A stretch of 64,000 bases of DNA from Mycolicibacterium smegmatis (GTDB lineage: Bacteria; Actinomycetota; Actinomycetes; Mycobacteriales; Mycobacteriaceae): positions 1,652,729 to 1,716,728 of the forward strand of contig NZ_LN831039.1 of the NCBI RefSeq assembly GCF_001457595.1, read 5' to 3'. The position numbers were made by a program, and so were the translations under genes. A model generated the notes under the pieces. That model was not told the origin of the DNA, ran no database searches, and was given only the letters and a program-made list of their open reading frames with translations. Positions 61,063 to 64,000 of the stretch are shown here, one piece after another. Position 1 is the first letter of the stretch. Each line of letters begins with the position of its first letter.

Positions 61063-62933
61063 TGGCACTTACCGTTGTCGGCGTCGACATCGGTAACTCG
61101 ACCACCGAGGCCAGCGCCGCGGCGATCGAATCGGACGGTTCGGTGCGGTTCCTCGGCGCGGCGCTGACCGCGACGACCGGGATCAAGGGCACACCCAAGA
61201 ACGTCGACGGCGTCGCGGCCGCGGTGACGCGCGCTCTCGCCGAGGCCGGGATCGCGCCCGCCGAACTCGACGTCGTCCTGCTCAACGAGGCCACCCCGGT
61301 GATCAGCGGGCTCGCGATGGAGACCATCACCGAGACCATCATCACCGAGTCGACGATGATCGGGCACGATCCGCGCACCCCCGGCGGTCGCGGACTCGGC
61401 GTCGGGACCACGGTCGCGTTCGACGCGCTGCCCGAAGCCGATCCGGGTGCCGGGTTCGACGCGGGGGTGATCGTCGTCGTCCCGAAAGGCGTCGACTTCG
61501 AGGCCGCCGCGCACACGATCAACGCGGCCACACGCCGCGGTGTCAAGGTGACCGCAGCGATCCTCGGCAACGACGACGCCGTGCTGGTGGTCAACCGCCT
61601 CGACACCAGGATCCCCGTCATCGACGAGGTGTCGCGCATCGACGCGGTCCCGCTCGGCATGCTCGCGGCCGTCGAGGTCGCCGGGCCCGGCCAGTCGATC
61701 CGCACGCTGTCCAACGCGTTCGGTCTCGCCACGATCTTCGACCTCGACGCCGCGGCCACCAAGGTGGTCTCGCCGGTGGCCCGCGCCCTGACCGGCAACC
61801 GGTCGGCGGTCGTGGTGCGCACGCCGGCAGGCGACGTCGCCGACCGGACCATCCCCGCGGGATCCCTTGAGCTGAGCGGGGAACGGCGGAAGGCCTCCAT
61901 CGACGTGTCCCGCGGGGCCGTCGAGATCATGGCCGCCGTCGAGCGCGTCGCCCCGCTCACCGACGTCGTCGGCGAATCCGGCACCAACACCGGCGGCATG
62001 ATCTCCAACGTGCGCCAGAGCATGGCCGACCTGTCCCAGCACGACGCCGCCGACGTGCGCATCCAGGATCTGCTGGCCGTCGACACCTTTGTGCCGCAGG
62101 AGGTTCGCGGCGGCGTGGCCGGCGAGGTCGCGCTGGAGAACGCCGTCGCGCTGGCGGCCATGGTGCGCACCAAGGAAAGCGGTATGCGCGCGGTGGCCGA
62201 CGCGGTCCGCGACCGTCTGCGTGCCACCGGCGCGACCGGCGCCGACGTCGAGGTCGGTGGCGTGGAGGCCGAGATGGCGGTGCTGGGCGCGCTGACCACA
62301 CCGGGCACCGACCAGCCACTCGTGGTGCTCGATCTCGGCGGCGGATCCACCGACGCAGCCCTGATCGAGGCCGACGGCACCATCGACGCCGTGCACCTCG
62401 CGGGCGCGGGCGATCTGGTGACCAAATTGATCGACGCCGAACTCGGACTGGACAACCTGGAACTCGCCGAGGACGTCAAGCGGTACCCGCTGGGCAAGGC
62501 CGAGAGCTTCTTCCACGTCCGCCTGGAGAACGGCACCGTGCAGTTCTTCGAGAAGGCGCTGCCCACAACGGCGTTCGCACGGGTCGTCGCGCTCGCGGAC
62601 AACGGCATGACCCCGATACCCACGCGGCATTCGCTGGAGCGCATCAGGGCCGTGCGCCGCACCGCCAAGGAGCGCGTGTTCGTCGTCAACGCGTTGCGGG
62701 CACTGCGAGCCATCGCCCCTGCCGGTGATCTGCGCCAGATCGACTTCGTGGTGCTGCTCGGCGGGTGCGCGCTGGACTTCGAGATCCCCGAACTCATCGC
62801 CGACGCGCTCGCTCCGTACGGGATCGTCTGCGGTACAGGAAATGTGCGGGGGACCGAGGGGCCGCGCAACGCCGTGGCCTCGGGGCTGGTGGCCGCGCAC
62901 GCCCAGAAACCGGGGACGCCCCTTGACGCGTAG
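61062..62933 (+). CDS. diol/glycerol dehydratase reactivase large (ATPase) subunit
   Basis: ATGA overlap. DdrA/PduG/DhaF-like. 623 aa. Hsp70-like ATPase fold (VVGVDIGNSTTEA). Confidence 0.88.
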   Translation: MALTVVGVDIGNSTTEASAAAIESDGSVRFLGAALTATTGIKGTPKNVDGVAAAVTRALAEAGIAPAELDVVLLNEATPVISGLAMETITETIITESTMIGHDPRTPGGRGLGVGTTVAFDALPEADPGAGFDAGVIVVVPKGVDFEAAAHTINAATRRGVKVTAAILGNDDAVLVVNRLDTRIPVIDEVSRIDAVPLGMLAAVEVAGPGQSIRTLSNAFGLATIFDLDAAATKVVSPVARALTGNRSAVVVRTPAGDVADRTIPAGSLELSGERRKASIDVSRGAVEIMAAVERVAPLTDVVGESGTNTGGMISNVRQSMADLSQHDAADVRIQDLLAVDTFVPQEVRGGVAGEVALENAVALAAMVRTKESGMRAVADAVRDRLRATGATGADVEVGGVEAEMAVLGALTTPGTDQPLVVLDLGGGSTDAALIEADGTIDAVHLAGAGDLVTKLIDAELGLDNLELAEDVKRYPLGKAESFFHVRLENGTVQFFEKALPTTAFARVVALADNGMTPIPTRHSLERIRAVRRTAKERVFVVNALRALRAIAPAGDLRQIDFVVLLGGCALDFEIPELIADALAPYGIVCGTGNVRGTEGPRNAVASGLVAAHAQKPGTPLDA

Positions 62934-63297
62934 CGCCGGACAGCCCGAGCGGCCCGTGATCCAGGTGTTCACCGCGCTGACGGGCGCTTCCGGGGAGTAT
63001 GCGGCGGTCACCCGCGACGTGCTGGCCGGCATCGAGGAAGAAGGCGTCCCGTACGCCGTGACGACGGTCGCCGAGGACGTGCCCGTGGCGGATCTGGCGC
63101 GCCGGGCCGCCATGAGGTCGCCACTTCAGGTGGGGGTGGGGATCGGCGCAGGCGGCGGGGTCTGCGTGCACCACGACATGCTGGAAGATCCCTTGCCCGA
63201 GTTGAGTTCTGCCGACCCCGCTGATTCGGTGGCCGCGCGGATGCTCGGGCACAACGCGGCGCGAATCGTCGTCGGTTTGCCACTCAAACCTGATTGA
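62923..63297 (+). CDS. diol/glycerol dehydratase reactivase small subunit
   Basis: DdrB/PduH/DhaG-like (VIQVFTALTGASGEYAAVTRDVLAGIEEEGVPYAV). The start is uncertain (TTG 62923 or GTG 62956). Confidence 0.65.
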   Translation: MTRSAGQPERPVIQVFTALTGASGEYAAVTRDVLAGIEEEGVPYAVTTVAEDVPVADLARRAAMRSPLQVGVGIGAGGGVCVHHDMLEDPLPELSSADPADSVAARMLGHNAARIVVGLPLKPD

Positions 63298-63358
63298 TCT
63301 CATCCGGTTTGCGCGTTGGGGTGGACAGCCACGCCATCGGGGGAGATACTCATTGATC

Positions 63359-63380
63359 AAAGGTTGAGTTTCCAACCTTT
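63359..63380 (+). other. 8-bp stem / 6-nt loop hairpin downstream of the reactivase genes
   Basis: AAAGGTTG-AGTTTC-CAACCTTT. Confidence 0.4.
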
Positions 63381-63451
63381 AGGTCCGTGCAGGGTGGCGC
63401 GGCCGACGCTCGAAGCCCGAGAACCGGGGGCCGAAAGGTGGTTACACCGGT

Positions 63452-63476
63452 CAGTTGCACCGACGGTGAGCAACTG
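63452..63476 (+). other. 7-bp stem / 11-nt loop hairpin in the permease leader
   Basis: CAGTTGC-ACCGACGGTGA-GCAACTG, 55 nt upstream of ATG 63531. Confidence 0.35.
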
Positions 63477-63530
63477 GCGCTCGTCGAATCCGACGCGAAT
63501 CCAATGGCATTGCAAACAAGGGAGTTTGAC

Positions 63531-64000
63531 ATGGCGGGTGTGGAAGAACACCTGGAAAGTGCAGATTACCTGCAGAAGCGCCAGCTCAAATCGGGCAGCG
63601 CGGGATGGGTGCTGCTCGCCGGACTGGGCGTCAGTTACGTCATCTCGGGTGACTACTCCGGGTGGAACTTCGGCCTCGAACAAGGCGGCTTCGGCGGCCT
63701 GGCGATCGCGGCCATCATCATCGCCGGCATGTACCTGGCCCTCGTGCTGGGCATGGCCGAACTGTCCTCGGCGCTTCCCGCGGCAGGTGGCGGCTACACG
63801 TTCGCCCGCCGGGCCCTCGGCCCGTGGGGCGGTTTCGCGACCGGCACCGCGATCCTCATCGAGTACTCCATCGCACCCGCGGCCATCGCCACCTTCATCG
63901 GCGCATACGTCGAGTCCCTCGGCCTGTTCGGCATCACTGCCGGGTGGTGGATCTACCTCGTGGCGTTCGCGATCTTCATCGGCATCCACCTCGCGGGTGT
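63531..64000 (+). CDS. APC-superfamily permease (ethanolamine/amino-acid permease-like), truncated at the window end
   Basis: ATG with AAGGGAG RBS. Sequence MAGVEEHLESADYLQKRQLKSGSAGWVLLAGLGVSYVISGDYSGWNFGLEQGGFGGLAIAAIIIAG. No stop before the window end. Confidence 0.72.
   Translation, partial: MAGVEEHLESADYLQKRQLKSGSAGWVLLAGLGVSYVISGDYSGWNFGLEQGGFGGLAIAAIIIAGMYLALVLGMAELSSALPAAGGGYTFARRALGPWGGFATGTAILIEYSIAPAAIATFIGAYVESLGLFGITAGWWIYLVAFAIFIGIHLAG

Overview
This is a high-GC (about 67 %) chromosomal segment of a Mycobacterium. Gene content and order match M. tuberculosis syntenies (Rv0731c-Rv0735, Rv0751c-Rv0753c, Rv3465-Rv3444c), but all of them lie contiguously in this window, which is the arrangement expected in a fast grower of the M. 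smegmatis type. The window is densely coding on both strands. There are many 4-nt start/stop overlaps, most starts are GTG or TTG, and the ORF track reports alternative starts as M.

Content in order:
- 1-3288: the truncated 5-prime end of an Rv0731c-like SAM methyltransferase, then the tail of the spc ribosomal operon (secY, adk, map).
- 3352-9296: sigL-rslA (ECF sigma factor and anti-sigma factor), followed by a translationally coupled 4-gene cassette (TPP enzyme, unknown protein, KAS-III-like condensing enzyme, class-I aminotransferase). The cassette is preceded by an exact SigL-type promoter, TGAACC-N16-CGTGTC.
- 9332-12728: a MarR regulator, a GAF histidine kinase with a NarL-type response regulator, and a HAD hydrolase.
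- 12809-16412: the valine-catabolism genes mmsB, fadE9-like and mmsA.
- 16572-25037: an FAD monooxygenase with a TetR regulator, a small ORF, an EamA exporter with a TetR, a DmpA peptidase with an APC permease, and a TetR with a nitroreductase.
- 24432-27790: rmlC-rmlB and two tandem luciferase-like (F420-type) oxidoreductases.
- 27934-31107: an unusual two-gene signalling module. One gene is a cNMP-domain histidine kinase. The other is a receiver fused to a glutaredoxin-like linker and a thioredoxin-reductase-like domain whose CxxC redox motif is missing.
- 31211-33313: an NfeD-flotillin operon.
- 33670-38378: the alpha ribosomal operon (infA, rpmJ, rpsM, rpsK, rpsD, rpoA, rplQ) and truA.
- 38375-41608: three tandem cutinases and an EamA transporter.
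- 41679-52248: a CGNR zinc-finger protein, an ABM monooxygenase, and a complete ESX-4 type VII secretion locus (eccB4, mycP4, eccD4, eccC4, an Rv3446c-like protein, esxU, esxT).
- 52318-64000: a DEAD-box helicase, then a B12-dependent diol/glycerol dehydratase island. The island holds a GAF regulator, an aldehyde dehydrogenase, a GlcG-like protein, an FhuF-like FeS protein, dehydratase subunits in gamma-alpha-beta order, a two-subunit reactivase and a truncated APC permease.

No rRNA, tRNA, CRISPR array, transposase or integrase was seen.
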